This document shows positions 29,953 through 37,984 of a stretch of 42,818 nucleotides of DNA, piece after piece; positions within the stretch are counted from its first letter, which is position 1; the number at the start of each line of letters is the position of its first letter. The stretch lies in sequence record SRR31156797_1290; one strand, 5' to 3'. The notes under the pieces are model-generated. The model saw only the letters and a program-made list of their open reading frames with translations, was not told the DNA's origin and ran no database searches. Both the position numbers and the translations under genes were made by a program.

Positions 29953-30744
29953 ATGAAAGAAGAATCTATGGCAACAAGAAGAAAAGTGATTCAAAGAATG
30001 CTGGAGGGAGCTGTTTTTATGGGCAGTGGAGGTTTACTGTGGGGAAAATCTGTGCAGGCGACCACCAAAGCCGATTATGTGCTTCGTCCGCCAGGTGCTT
30101 TGAAAGAGAAAAGTTTTCAGAAAGCTTGCATCAAATGTGGTCAGTGTGTGGAGGCGTGTCCTTACGATACGCTAAAACTTGCCGAACCAGGTGATGGCAT
30201 TGCCAACGGAACTCCATATTTCGAGCCAAGAAGTATTCCTTGTTATTTGTGTACCGATATGCCTTGTACTGATTCTTGCCCTTCGGGTGCCTTGGATCTA
30301 AAACTTTTATCCAAGGAAGAACAGGCTCCTGATATCAACAATTCAAAAATGGGATTGGCAGTGATTCATAAAGAATCTTGTCTGGCTTATTGGGGAATTC
30401 GTTGCGAGGCATGTTATCGCGCTTGTCCGTTGATTGATAAAGCAATTACCCTTGATTATGAGGTAAACAAAAGAACGGGTATGCATGCCAAATTGCTTCC
30501 AATAGTACATTCTGATGTTTGCACCGGTTGTGGTGTTTGCGAACAGGCATGTATAGCTGAGAAAGCTGCAATATTCGTTTTGCCTATCGACAAATCAACT
30601 GGCGAAGTGGGAGACCATTACATAAAAGGTTGGGAGAAGGAAGATGAAAAGCGCATAAAGGAGAAAATCGAAAAACCAGATGACGACAAGGATGTTGATT
30701 CGGCAATTGATTACCTAAATGACGATGATTTAATCGACGACTAA
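29953..30744 (+). CDS. napG: Ferredoxin-type protein NapG
   Basis: LRPPGAL, CIKCGQCVEACPYDTL, GTPYF, four Cys clusters, G.HYIKGW; follows napA. Confidence 0.95.
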   Translation: MKEESMATRRKVIQRMLEGAVFMGSGGLLWGKSVQATTKADYVLRPPGALKEKSFQKACIKCGQCVEACPYDTLKLAEPGDGIANGTPYFEPRSIPCYLCTDMPCTDSCPSGALDLKLLSKEEQAPDINNSKMGLAVIHKESCLAYWGIRCEACYRACPLIDKAITLDYEVNKRTGMHAKLLPIVHSDVCTGCGVCEQACIAEKAAIFVLPIDKSTGEVGDHYIKGWEKEDEKRIKEKIEKPDDDKDVDSAIDYLNDDDLIDD

Positions 30745-30754
30745 ATAAAATTGA

Positions 30755-31561
30755 ATGAGAAAATATAAGTTTTTAATACTAAGGCGAATCATTCAGCTAT
30801 CCATACTTTTTCTCTTTGTTGGAGGAAACTTTTTTGGTTGGGAATTGCTTCGAGGCAATTACAGTTCTGCCATTATTGTTGATTCTTTGCATTTGAGTGA
30901 TCCTTATGCCGTTTTACAAATATTGGCATCTGGCTTTGTGGCTTCAAGTTCTGTTTTAATTGGTGCATTCATTATTTTACTGATCTATGTTTTGCTTGGT
31001 GGTAGAATGTTTTGCTCCTGGATTTGTCCTATGAATATCATTACCGATTTGGCATTTCGCCTGCGCAGAATATTTAAAATAAAAACAGAAGCACCAGTTT
31101 CACTTCCTAGAAATTTCCGTTACTATATTTTGGCTTTAAGCCTGATAGTTTCAGCAGTTTTTGGATTGGCAGCCTTCGAAATCATTAGTCCTATTTCTAT
31201 GCTACACAGAGCCATTGTATTTGGTTCGGGAGCAGGATGGGCAATTGTAGCAGTTGTTTTCCTAGTCGATTTGTTGATTTTAAAAGCAGGTTGGTGTGGT
31301 CACATTTGTCCTTTAGGAGGATTTTATTCTCTGGTTGGCAAACAGGCTGTTATCAAGGTAAAACACGATAAGGACAATTGTACCAATTGCAATGCTTGTT
31401 TTGATGTTTGTATCGAAGAACCTGTTTTGTCGATAATTGGCAAAGAGAGTGATTTTATTCGCTCGGGAGCTTGTACCAATTGTGGTAGATGCATAGAAGC
31501 TTGCGATGATAATGCTTTGAAGTACGCTTTAAAATTTGATTTGAAAAAAAAGAATAATTGA
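30755..31561 (+). CDS. napH: Quinol dehydrogenase membrane subunit NapH
   Basis: LRRIIQL, LSDPYAVLQ, GRMFCSWICP, GWCGHICPLGGFY, two C-terminal 4Fe-4S motifs. Confidence 0.95.
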   Translation: MRKYKFLILRRIIQLSILFLFVGGNFFGWELLRGNYSSAIIVDSLHLSDPYAVLQILASGFVASSSVLIGAFIILLIYVLLGGRMFCSWICPMNIITDLAFRLRRIFKIKTEAPVSLPRNFRYYILALSLIVSAVFGLAAFEIISPISMLHRAIVFGSGAGWAIVAVVFLVDLLILKAGWCGHICPLGGFYSLVGKQAVIKVKHDKDNCTNCNACFDVCIEEPVLSIIGKESDFIRSGACTNCGRCIEACDDNALKYALKFDLKKKNN

Positions 31562-31623
31562 AATGAGTTGACGATTTGATTGAATCTAATAGCTCATATC
31601 TAAAATCTCAAAATCTATAAAAA

Positions 31624-32193
31624 ATGAAATACTTAGCCCTAATTGCACTGTTTTTTCTTGTGGCTTGTAACCAGCCTAAGGAAAATAAAATTGATGAAGA
31701 TCAATTGGGTTTTATCGATGCGGATTTAAATTCGGATGAAACCAACTTTAAGATGAAGGCCAATTTTAATGAAGATAAACCTGAGGTAGGAACCACTATT
31801 GAGCGATCTTTTGAAAATGCTCCTCCAATGATTCCGCATACAACAGCAGGTTTTTTCCCAATTAAAATGGATAATAACATTTGTTTGAGTTGTCACATGC
31901 CTGATAAGGTGGAAGAGTCCGGAGCTCGTGAGATTTCAAAAACTCACTTTCAATCGTGGCGTCCTCAATTGGTTTTGGTTGATGGTAAGTATGTAAATCC
32001 GGAAGATAAGGAAGTGTTCGTGGAAGACAGAAAAGAGCTGAATAATGCTTATTTTAATTGCTCGCAATGTCATGCTCCTCAGGCTGAAGTTACCATTGAT
32101 ATTGAAAATTTATTCACAGTTGAATTCCGTGAAACTTTTGGTATCAAAGAATCAAACCTAAAGGATAACGTTGCTGAAGGTGTAAATAATTAA
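31624..32193 (+). CDS. napB: Diheme cytochrome c subunit NapB (predicted lipoprotein)
   Basis: ERSFENAPPMIPH, CLSCH, CSQCHAPQ; lipobox LVAC. Confidence 0.95.
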   Translation: MKYLALIALFFLVACNQPKENKIDEDQLGFIDADLNSDETNFKMKANFNEDKPEVGTTIERSFENAPPMIPHTTAGFFPIKMDNNICLSCHMPDKVEESGAREISKTHFQSWRPQLVLVDGKYVNPEDKEVFVEDRKELNNAYFNCSQCHAPQAEVTIDIENLFTVEFRETFGIKESNLKDNVAEGVNN

Positions 32194-32195
32194 TG

Positions 32196-32268
32196 GTAGA
32201 GGCACAAGATCTTGTGCCTGATAATAATAGAAGATATCCGTAGAGACGTAATGCATTACGTCTCTACG
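32196..32268. repeat. GTAGAG-type REPs (second GTAG family)
   Basis: GTAGAGGCACAAGATCTTGTGCCTG (32196-32220) and perfect 30-bp palindrome CGTAGAGACGTAATGCATTACGTCTCTACG (32239-32268). Confidence 0.85.
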
Positions 32269-32287
32269 TTATATAAATATTTAGAAT

Positions 32288-32632
32288 ATGAACATTTCAA
32301 GTATAGTGATTCGATCCTTAGCTGAGCATTCAGAAAATTTGGTTGCCCTGCTTAAAGAGAGCGATTTGTGTGAATATCATTTGCATGATGAAACAAAAAT
32401 CATCGTGACAATTGAAGGGGAAGGAATTAGTGAAGAAATCGCTAAGTTGAAAAAGATTCAGAAGATAGATCATGTCATTTCTGCCGATATGATGTATTCC
32501 TATTCTGAAGATGAACTCGACAGAGAAAAAGATAAGATTGAAAAATCTGATGGAATCAATCAATGGTTGAATGACAAAAGCAAAGATGCCGGTTTGATCA
32601 ATTACGCCGGAGATCTAAAAAAGAAAATTTAA
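32288..32632 (+). CDS. napD: NapA signal-peptide chaperone NapD
   Basis: MNISSIVI...KIIVTIEGE...VISADMMYSYSEDEL; last gene of the nap operon. Confidence 0.93.
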   Translation: MNISSIVIRSLAEHSENLVALLKESDLCEYHLHDETKIIVTIEGEGISEEIAKLKKIQKIDHVISADMMYSYSEDELDREKDKIEKSDGINQWLNDKSKDAGLINYAGDLKKKI

Positions 32633-32633
32633 T

Positions 32634-32714
32634 GTAGGGACACGCCATGGCGTGTCCTTTTTATTTTGTCACGTCGTGTCCTTTTTATTTGGTCATGCCA
32701 TGGCATGACCCTAC
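32634..32714. repeat. Inverted REP doublet between convergent napD and lrp
   Basis: GTAGGGACACGCCATGGCGTGTCCTT (32634-32659) and GGTCATGCCATGGCATGACCCTAC (32691-32714), with a partial copy between; may also act as a terminator. Confidence 0.88.
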
Positions 32715-32717
32715 ATT

Positions 32718-33176
32718 TTACAAATCATACCCAATTTTATCCGAAGAGGAGATCACAAACGTACTGTTGAAACGAGTTAGGTATTCGAATTTCGACAGTT
32801 TTTCCTGAATGAAGAATTGAAACTCATTCATGTCTTTAACCATCAATTTAAGCATGGCATCAAAATTCCCTGAGGTATAATAGAACTCCATAACTTCAGG
32901 TAAAGCCAGGGCTTGTTCCCGAAAAGAATCCACAACATCTCTGGTATGTTTGGTCAATAAAATAGAGATGAAAACAACCATGCTTCGATCTATCTTCTCA
33001 GGATCGAGAACGGCTACATAGTTTTTAATTATTCCACTTCTTTCCAGCTTTTTTACTCGTTCATAAACTGGGGTATTGCTAAGATGTAGTTTTTCTGCTA
33101 ACTCTTTGATGGTGATGCGGCAATCTTGCTGAAGTAACTCTAAAATCTTTCGGTCGGTACGATCTAAATTTTCCAT
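32718..33176 (-). CDS. Lrp/AsnC family transcriptional regulator
   Basis: LDRTDRKILELLQQDCRIT..ELAEKLHLS.TPVYERVKKLE..GII HTH and RAM domain LPEVMEFYYTSGNFD. Confidence 0.95.
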   Translation of the reverse strand: MENLDRTDRKILELLQQDCRITIKELAEKLHLSNTPVYERVKKLERSGIIKNYVAVLDPEKIDRSMVVFISILLTKHTRDVVDSFREQALALPEVMEFYYTSGNFDAMLKLMVKDMNEFQFFIQEKLSKFEYLTRFNSTFVISSSDKIGYDL

Positions 33177-33178
33177 GG

Positions 33179-33267
33179 GAGAATATTTTTCTAGTGATAT
33201 TACTCTATAAAGCTTTTGTAAAGATATAAATTCTTCAATATTGGCAAATTAATAGATCAGTTTTCTG
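33179..33267. promoter_or_regulatory. Three phased Lrp-type operator sites
   Basis: GAGAATATTTTTCTA (33179; 14/15 match to E. coli Lrp consensus YAGHAWATTWTDCTR), AAGATATAAATTCTT (33221), TAGATCAGTTTTCTG (33253); all AGA-N7-TCT, spaced 42 and 32 bp. Confidence 0.6.
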
Positions 33268-33417
33268 TATTTAGTTCATATACTAGTAAATAATTTGGCT
33301 ATGGCTTATTTTTACAAGTGAAAAGATCTGTTCTTTGTAATGGTTTTAAATAGCAAATCAATTTACTAGTAACGGATGAATGAAAAAGAGAAACAACAAC
33401 AAACAAAATAGAATACG

Positions 33418-33957
33418 ATGAAAGAAATTAGATGGCATGGTAGAGGAGGACAAGGAGGGTTTACCGCTTCTCGTCTTTTAGGAATTGCGGCCAGTGTGCA
33501 TGGAGGCAAACATGCATTGGCATTTCCATCCTTCGGACCAGAGCGAAGAGGAGCTCCAGTATTGGCATTTACAAAGATTGACGATACGAAGATTCACGAT
33601 AGAAGTGAGGTTCAGAATAGCGACTTTGTAGTGGTAATGGATGAGACTTTAATTGTCCCGGGTTTTGATAAAGGAGTAAGACCAGGAGCGTGTATTCTAA
33701 TCAATACTGAGGATGTAAATCAGTATGCTGATCAATTAAAAGGATTCGATTTAAGAGGCATTGATGCTACGTCTTTAGCAATGGAAATTTTGGGTCGACC
33801 AATTACCAATACAGCAATGTATGGTGCTTTGGCTGCTGCATCGGGTTTGGTAAGTAAAGAAGCTGCAGTTGCGAGTATACATACCGAAATGAAGCCTAAG
33901 CTTGCTGCGCTGAATGAAAAGATTGTTGAGAAAGCATTTGAGATAATGAGTAATTAA
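33418..33957 (+). CDS. 2-oxoacid:ferredoxin oxidoreductase gamma subunit
   Basis: EIRWHGRGGQG, FPSFGPERRGAPVLAF, LGRPITNTAM. Confidence 0.95.
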   Translation: MKEIRWHGRGGQGGFTASRLLGIAASVHGGKHALAFPSFGPERRGAPVLAFTKIDDTKIHDRSEVQNSDFVVVMDETLIVPGFDKGVRPGACILINTEDVNQYADQLKGFDLRGIDATSLAMEILGRPITNTAMYGALAAASGLVSKEAAVASIHTEMKPKLAALNEKIVEKAFEIMSN

Positions 33958-34067
33958 CAATTAGTAATGAATAATTATAAATTTCAATTACTAAGGCAAA
34001 TATCCAAATTGAAATTACAGATTACGCTAATTCTTAATTCCTAATTAATAATTCTTAATTGATTAAA

Positions 34068-34361
34068 ATGAATCGTCCAAAACATACGGAATATAAAGTT
34101 CCAACACATATAAACGATTATCCAACCGGACCGCAATATGAAGCAGGATTTCTCCCGGAAAGCAATGCTGGTTGGAGAACGTTCAAACCAGTTGTAGATC
34201 ATGATGCATGTGTATATTGCTTGCGTTGCTATTTGCTTTGTCCAGATGGTACCATCATGAAAGGAGATGGCAAAATTACCATTGACATGGATTATTGCAA
34301 AGGTTGCGGGGTTTGTGCCCATGAATGTCCAAAGGATGCAATTGAAATGATAAAAGAGTAG
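34068..34361 (+). CDS. 2-oxoacid:ferredoxin oxidoreductase delta subunit (2x4Fe-4S)
   Basis: GWRTFKPVVD..CVYCLRCYLLCPD, DYCKGCGVCAHECP; ATG 34068 preferred over TTG 34059. Confidence 0.93.
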   Translation: MNRPKHTEYKVPTHINDYPTGPQYEAGFLPESNAGWRTFKPVVDHDACVYCLRCYLLCPDGTIMKGDGKITIDMDYCKGCGVCAHECPKDAIEMIKE

Positions 34362-34411
34362 GGACATGCCATGGCGTGTCCGTTTACAATGAAATGCCAT
34401 GGTGTGTCCGT
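34358..34411. repeat. REP plus degenerate REP; the GTAG supplies the stop of the delta subunit
   Basis: GTAGGGACATGCCATGGCGTGTCCGT begins at 34358; TAG at 34359-34361 is the stop codon. Confidence 0.85.
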
Positions 34412-34453
34412 TATTGATGAAAACACTTGAGTTTTCGACAAAAGCAAAACAAA

Positions 34454-35644
34454 ATGAAAACAAATAAAATATTCATATCCGGTGATGAAGCAGTAGCTCA
34501 AGGCGTAAGATTATCTCGTCCTCATGTTGTGGCTGCTTACCCAATCACCCCACAAACCATAACAGTTGAGCGTTTATCAGAAATGGTAGAAGCTGGCGAG
34601 ATGGATGGAGAATACATGCATGTAGAGTCGGAGCACTCTGCAATTTCAGCAACAATGGGAGCTAGTGCGGTTGGTGCTAGAACTTTTACAGCATCATCAT
34701 CACAAGGATTATTATACATGGCGGAAGGTCTTCACTACTGTAGTGGTGGACGTTGGCCGGTTGTAATGATGAATGCGAACCGCTCGGTTGCACTGCCATG
34801 GAGTATCTATGGTGATCAGCGTGACTCATTATCTCTATTGGATTCAGGTTGGATTCAGGTATACGTTGAAGATGCACAGGAAGCATTGGATATGATCATT
34901 CAGGCATATAAAATTGCGGAGCACAAAGATGTATTGACTCCAATGATGGTGAATTTGGATGGATTTATCCTGACTCACACTTATGAGTTGGTAGACATTC
35001 CAGAGCAGGAAATGGTAGATGAATTCTTACCTCCATTCCAGACTCCAAACAAAATGTCGTTCGAAGAGCCAAAGAATTTAGGTTTTAGCTCTCGTCCTGA
35101 TGACAATACCGAATTCAAATACCAGCAGAATGAAGCGATGTTCAATTCTATTGATGTGATCCACAAAACAGATGAGGATTTTGCTGATATGTTCGGTAGA
35201 AAATATCACGGTATGGTGGAAGAATACATGTGCGAGGATGCTGATGTTGTTTTGGTAGCTTTGGGTAGTGTTTGCGGTACCGTTCGTGTTGTGGTAGATA
35301 AAATGCGTGCAGAAGGTAAAAAAGTTGGATTGTTAAAAATCCGATACATGCGTCCATTCCCGGTTGAGGAAGTGAAAGACTTGGCAAAGCGAGTGAAGGC
35401 AATTGGTGTTATTGATAAAGATATCTCTTTCGGATACGAAGGAACAGTTTATACCAATGTAAACTCAGCCATTTCGCAGATTGACAAATATGTATACAAG
35501 AGCAATTTCGTTGGAGGATTAGGTGGTCGCGATATCACTAAAGACGAAATTGAAGACATGTACAACAAGTTATTTGCAGGACTTGAAAACAAGAGTGAAG
35601 AGACAGTAGAATTTTTCAGCTTAAATGTAGAAGGCAATGACTAA
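34454..35644 (+). CDS. 2-oxoacid:ferredoxin oxidoreductase alpha subunit
   Basis: AAYPITPQT, VESEHSA, TASSSQGL, DGFILTH, GLGGRD; ATG 34454 preferred over TTG 34427. Confidence 0.95.
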   Translation: MKTNKIFISGDEAVAQGVRLSRPHVVAAYPITPQTITVERLSEMVEAGEMDGEYMHVESEHSAISATMGASAVGARTFTASSSQGLLYMAEGLHYCSGGRWPVVMMNANRSVALPWSIYGDQRDSLSLLDSGWIQVYVEDAQEALDMIIQAYKIAEHKDVLTPMMVNLDGFILTHTYELVDIPEQEMVDEFLPPFQTPNKMSFEEPKNLGFSSRPDDNTEFKYQQNEAMFNSIDVIHKTDEDFADMFGRKYHGMVEEYMCEDADVVLVALGSVCGTVRVVVDKMRAEGKKVGLLKIRYMRPFPVEEVKDLAKRVKAIGVIDKDISFGYEGTVYTNVNSAISQIDKYVYKSNFVGGLGGRDITKDEIEDMYNKLFAGLENKSEETVEFFSLNVEGND

Positions 35645-36545
35645 AGTATTAGATATCCCAAAAGTGAATGCGAAAAACATGACAGAGAAGGAATTTTTCT
35701 ATGGTCATAAAGCATGTGCCGGATGTGGTGGTAGTATCGCTGTTCGTTTGGCTTTAAAAGTATTGGGCGAGCGCACTTATACCGCTTTGCCAGCAGGTTG
35801 TATGTCGGCAGTAGGATTTATATATCCACAAATGGCATTCAATTCAAATGCAATTATTACAACATTCCCAGGATCGGCAAGTATGGCAGCAGGTATTGCA
35901 GCTGGAGCCAAAGCTTTGGGACAGAAAGATTTCAAAACCGTAGTTTTTGCTGGTGACGGTGGAACTGCTGATATCGGATTCCAGGCTTTATCTGGAATGA
36001 TCGATCGTAATGATGATGTTTTGTATATATGCTACGACAACGAAGCTTATATGAATACCGGTATTCAGAAGAGTGGTTTGACTCCTTACGGAACCAAGAC
36101 TACGACTACGCCAGCAGGTAAAAATATCCCGGGAACGGTAACTCACAAGAAGAATTTGTTTGAGATTATTGCAGCTCATGATATCGCTTATGCTGCAACA
36201 GCTAGTATTGGTTATCCTCAGGATTTCTTGAATAAAGTAAACAAAGCGAAGCACATTAAAGGGGCAACTTTTATTCATGTGTATGCATCGTGTCCAACAG
36301 GATGGGGAACTCCAACCGAAACATCGGTAGAGATTGCGAAGGATGCTGTTGATGCAGGTTTGATTTTCCTTGCGGAATATGAGGATGGAGAATATAAATT
36401 GAATCGTAATCCAAAGGAATTCAAATCGGTTACAGAATACCTGAAGAAACAAGGTCGTTTCAAGCACATGAGCGAAGCAGATATTGATTGCGTGATTGAA
36501 AATCGCGACAAGAAATGGTCTCGCATGCGTAAGCAGTGGTTATAA
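35637..36545 (+). CDS. 2-oxoacid:ferredoxin oxidoreductase beta subunit (TPP-binding)
   Basis: GHKACAGCG, GDGGTADIGFQALSG, DNEAYMNTGIQKS, CPTGW. Confidence 0.95.
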   Translation: MTKVLDIPKVNAKNMTEKEFFYGHKACAGCGGSIAVRLALKVLGERTYTALPAGCMSAVGFIYPQMAFNSNAIITTFPGSASMAAGIAAGAKALGQKDFKTVVFAGDGGTADIGFQALSGMIDRNDDVLYICYDNEAYMNTGIQKSGLTPYGTKTTTTPAGKNIPGTVTHKKNLFEIIAAHDIAYAATASIGYPQDFLNKVNKAKHIKGATFIHVYASCPTGWGTPTETSVEIAKDAVDAGLIFLAEYEDGEYKLNRNPKEFKSVTEYLKKQGRFKHMSEADIDCVIENRDKKWSRMRKQWL

Positions 36546-36553
36546 AAAATACT

Positions 36554-36578
36554 GTAGGGACACGCCATGGCGTGTCCC
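36554..36578. repeat. REP (GTAGGG family)
   Basis: GTAGGGACACGCCATGGCGTGTCCC. Confidence 0.88.
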
Positions 36579-36620
36579 AAATAATATACCCAAACAAAAA
36601 ACAAAAAAACATAAACAATC

Positions 36621-37838
36621 ATGATCAGCGATTTAAAAGGAACTTTTTCCCAAATCAGCAACAATAACAAGCGATCAGCAATTCGTGAAATCTTGAAATT
36701 GACTCAAAACCCTGAGATCATTTCATTTGCAGGAGGTTTACCAGCTCCGGAATCATTTCCTGTAGATGCTTTGGATAGCATTGTATCGGATATGTTGCGT
36801 GAAGAAGGTGCGGCAGTATTGCAGTACGATGCAACAGAAGGTGTTACAGAGTTGAGAGAATTGCTTGTGAAAAAGTATCAGAACGAAGGTGTTCAGTGTT
36901 CTTTGGATAATATGATTGTAACAACAGGATCTCAACAAGGACTTGACCTGGTAGGTAAAGTTTTTGTGAATCAGGGTGATGTTGTGATTTGTGGTTTACC
37001 TTCGTACCTAGGCGGTATTAGTGCTTTTCAGGCTTATGGAGCTAAAATGGAAGGTGTGCCAATGGATGAGCAAGGAATGAGTGCTGAGCTATTGGAAGCG
37101 AAGTTGATTGAATTGGCTGAAGAAGGAATCAAACCAAAGTTCATTTATGTGATTCCTGATTTCCAAAATCCAACAGGTATTACCATGCCTGAATCTCGTC
37201 GATTAGAAATTATTGCATTGGCACATAAATACGATGTTTTGATTGTTGAAGATTGTCCATACAGAGAAGTACGTTTTGATGGTGAGCCTCAACGTATGAT
37301 GTACGATTTGGATAATGATGATCATGTAATCACCTTGGGAACTTTCTCGAAGATTTTTGCTCCAGGATTCCGTATTGGATGGATTTTAGGTCCTAAAGAT
37401 GTGAATGATAAAATTGTGGTTGCCAAACAATCTGCTGATTTGTGTACGCCAACTTTTGTACAGAAAATCGCTATTCGTTACATGAATTCGGGTGTTTTTG
37501 AATCGAACTTGCAAAAGACTATCGATTTGTATCACCAGCGAAGAGATGTGATGTTGGCTGAGATGGAAAAATGTATGCCTGATTTTGTGAAGTGGACTCG
37601 TCCTGAAGGTGGAATGTTCCTATTCATTACTTTACCAGAACACATGGATGCTTTGGATCTTTTCCACAAAGCAATTGAGAAGAAGGTGGCTTTCGTTACC
37701 GGAAATGTTTTCTATTGCGATGGTGGCGGAACCAATACCATGCGTTTGAACTTTTCGTATGTGAACAACGAAAAAGCAATTGCCGGTATTCAACGATTGG
37801 CTGAAATCATTGAAGCTGAAGTTATGGCAGAAGCTTAA
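36621..37838 (+). CDS. PLP-dependent class I aminotransferase (LysN/ARO8-like)
   Basis: SAIREILK, ISFAGGLP, TTGSQQGLDL, PDFQNPTG, GTFSKIFAPGFRIGW (PLP Lys), PEGGMF, MRLNFS. Confidence 0.93.
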   Translation: MISDLKGTFSQISNNNKRSAIREILKLTQNPEIISFAGGLPAPESFPVDALDSIVSDMLREEGAAVLQYDATEGVTELRELLVKKYQNEGVQCSLDNMIVTTGSQQGLDLVGKVFVNQGDVVICGLPSYLGGISAFQAYGAKMEGVPMDEQGMSAELLEAKLIELAEEGIKPKFIYVIPDFQNPTGITMPESRRLEIIALAHKYDVLIVEDCPYREVRFDGEPQRMMYDLDNDDHVITLGTFSKIFAPGFRIGWILGPKDVNDKIVVAKQSADLCTPTFVQKIAIRYMNSGVFESNLQKTIDLYHQRRDVMLAEMEKCMPDFVKWTRPEGGMFLFITLPEHMDALDLFHKAIEKKVAFVTGNVFYCDGGGTNTMRLNFSYVNNEKAIAGIQRLAEIIEAEVMAEA

Positions 37839-37849
37839 AAATAATTTGC

Positions 37850-37882
37850 TTTATCCTTTGCCTCGGGTTTTAACCCGAGGAT
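37850..37882 (+). repeat. Palindromic intergenic repeat (CCTCGG-family REP-like), copy 2
   Basis: TTTATCCTTTGCCTCGGGTTTTAACCCGAGGAT; matches 12805-12837. Confidence 0.75.
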
Positions 37883-37898
37883 GATAATAAAATTTATT

Positions 37899-37951
37899 GA
37901 GGGAGTGCTTACATGATTTTGCTTATGTATTCACTCCCTTTTGTTTTTTTT
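37899..37951 (+). terminator. Terminator-like hairpin inside the catabolic gene run
   Basis: GAGGGAGTG...TACAT...ATGTA...CACTCCCTT followed by TTGTTTTTTTT. Confidence 0.6.
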
Positions 37952-37984
37952 GAGTAATTTTTCCAAAAATTTACCTAAGCAATC

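Noticed and set aside
29904-30194. 96-aa ORF overlapping napG in another frame
   Set aside because: Begins in a heptamer repeat tract and overlaps a well-supported gene; no motifs.
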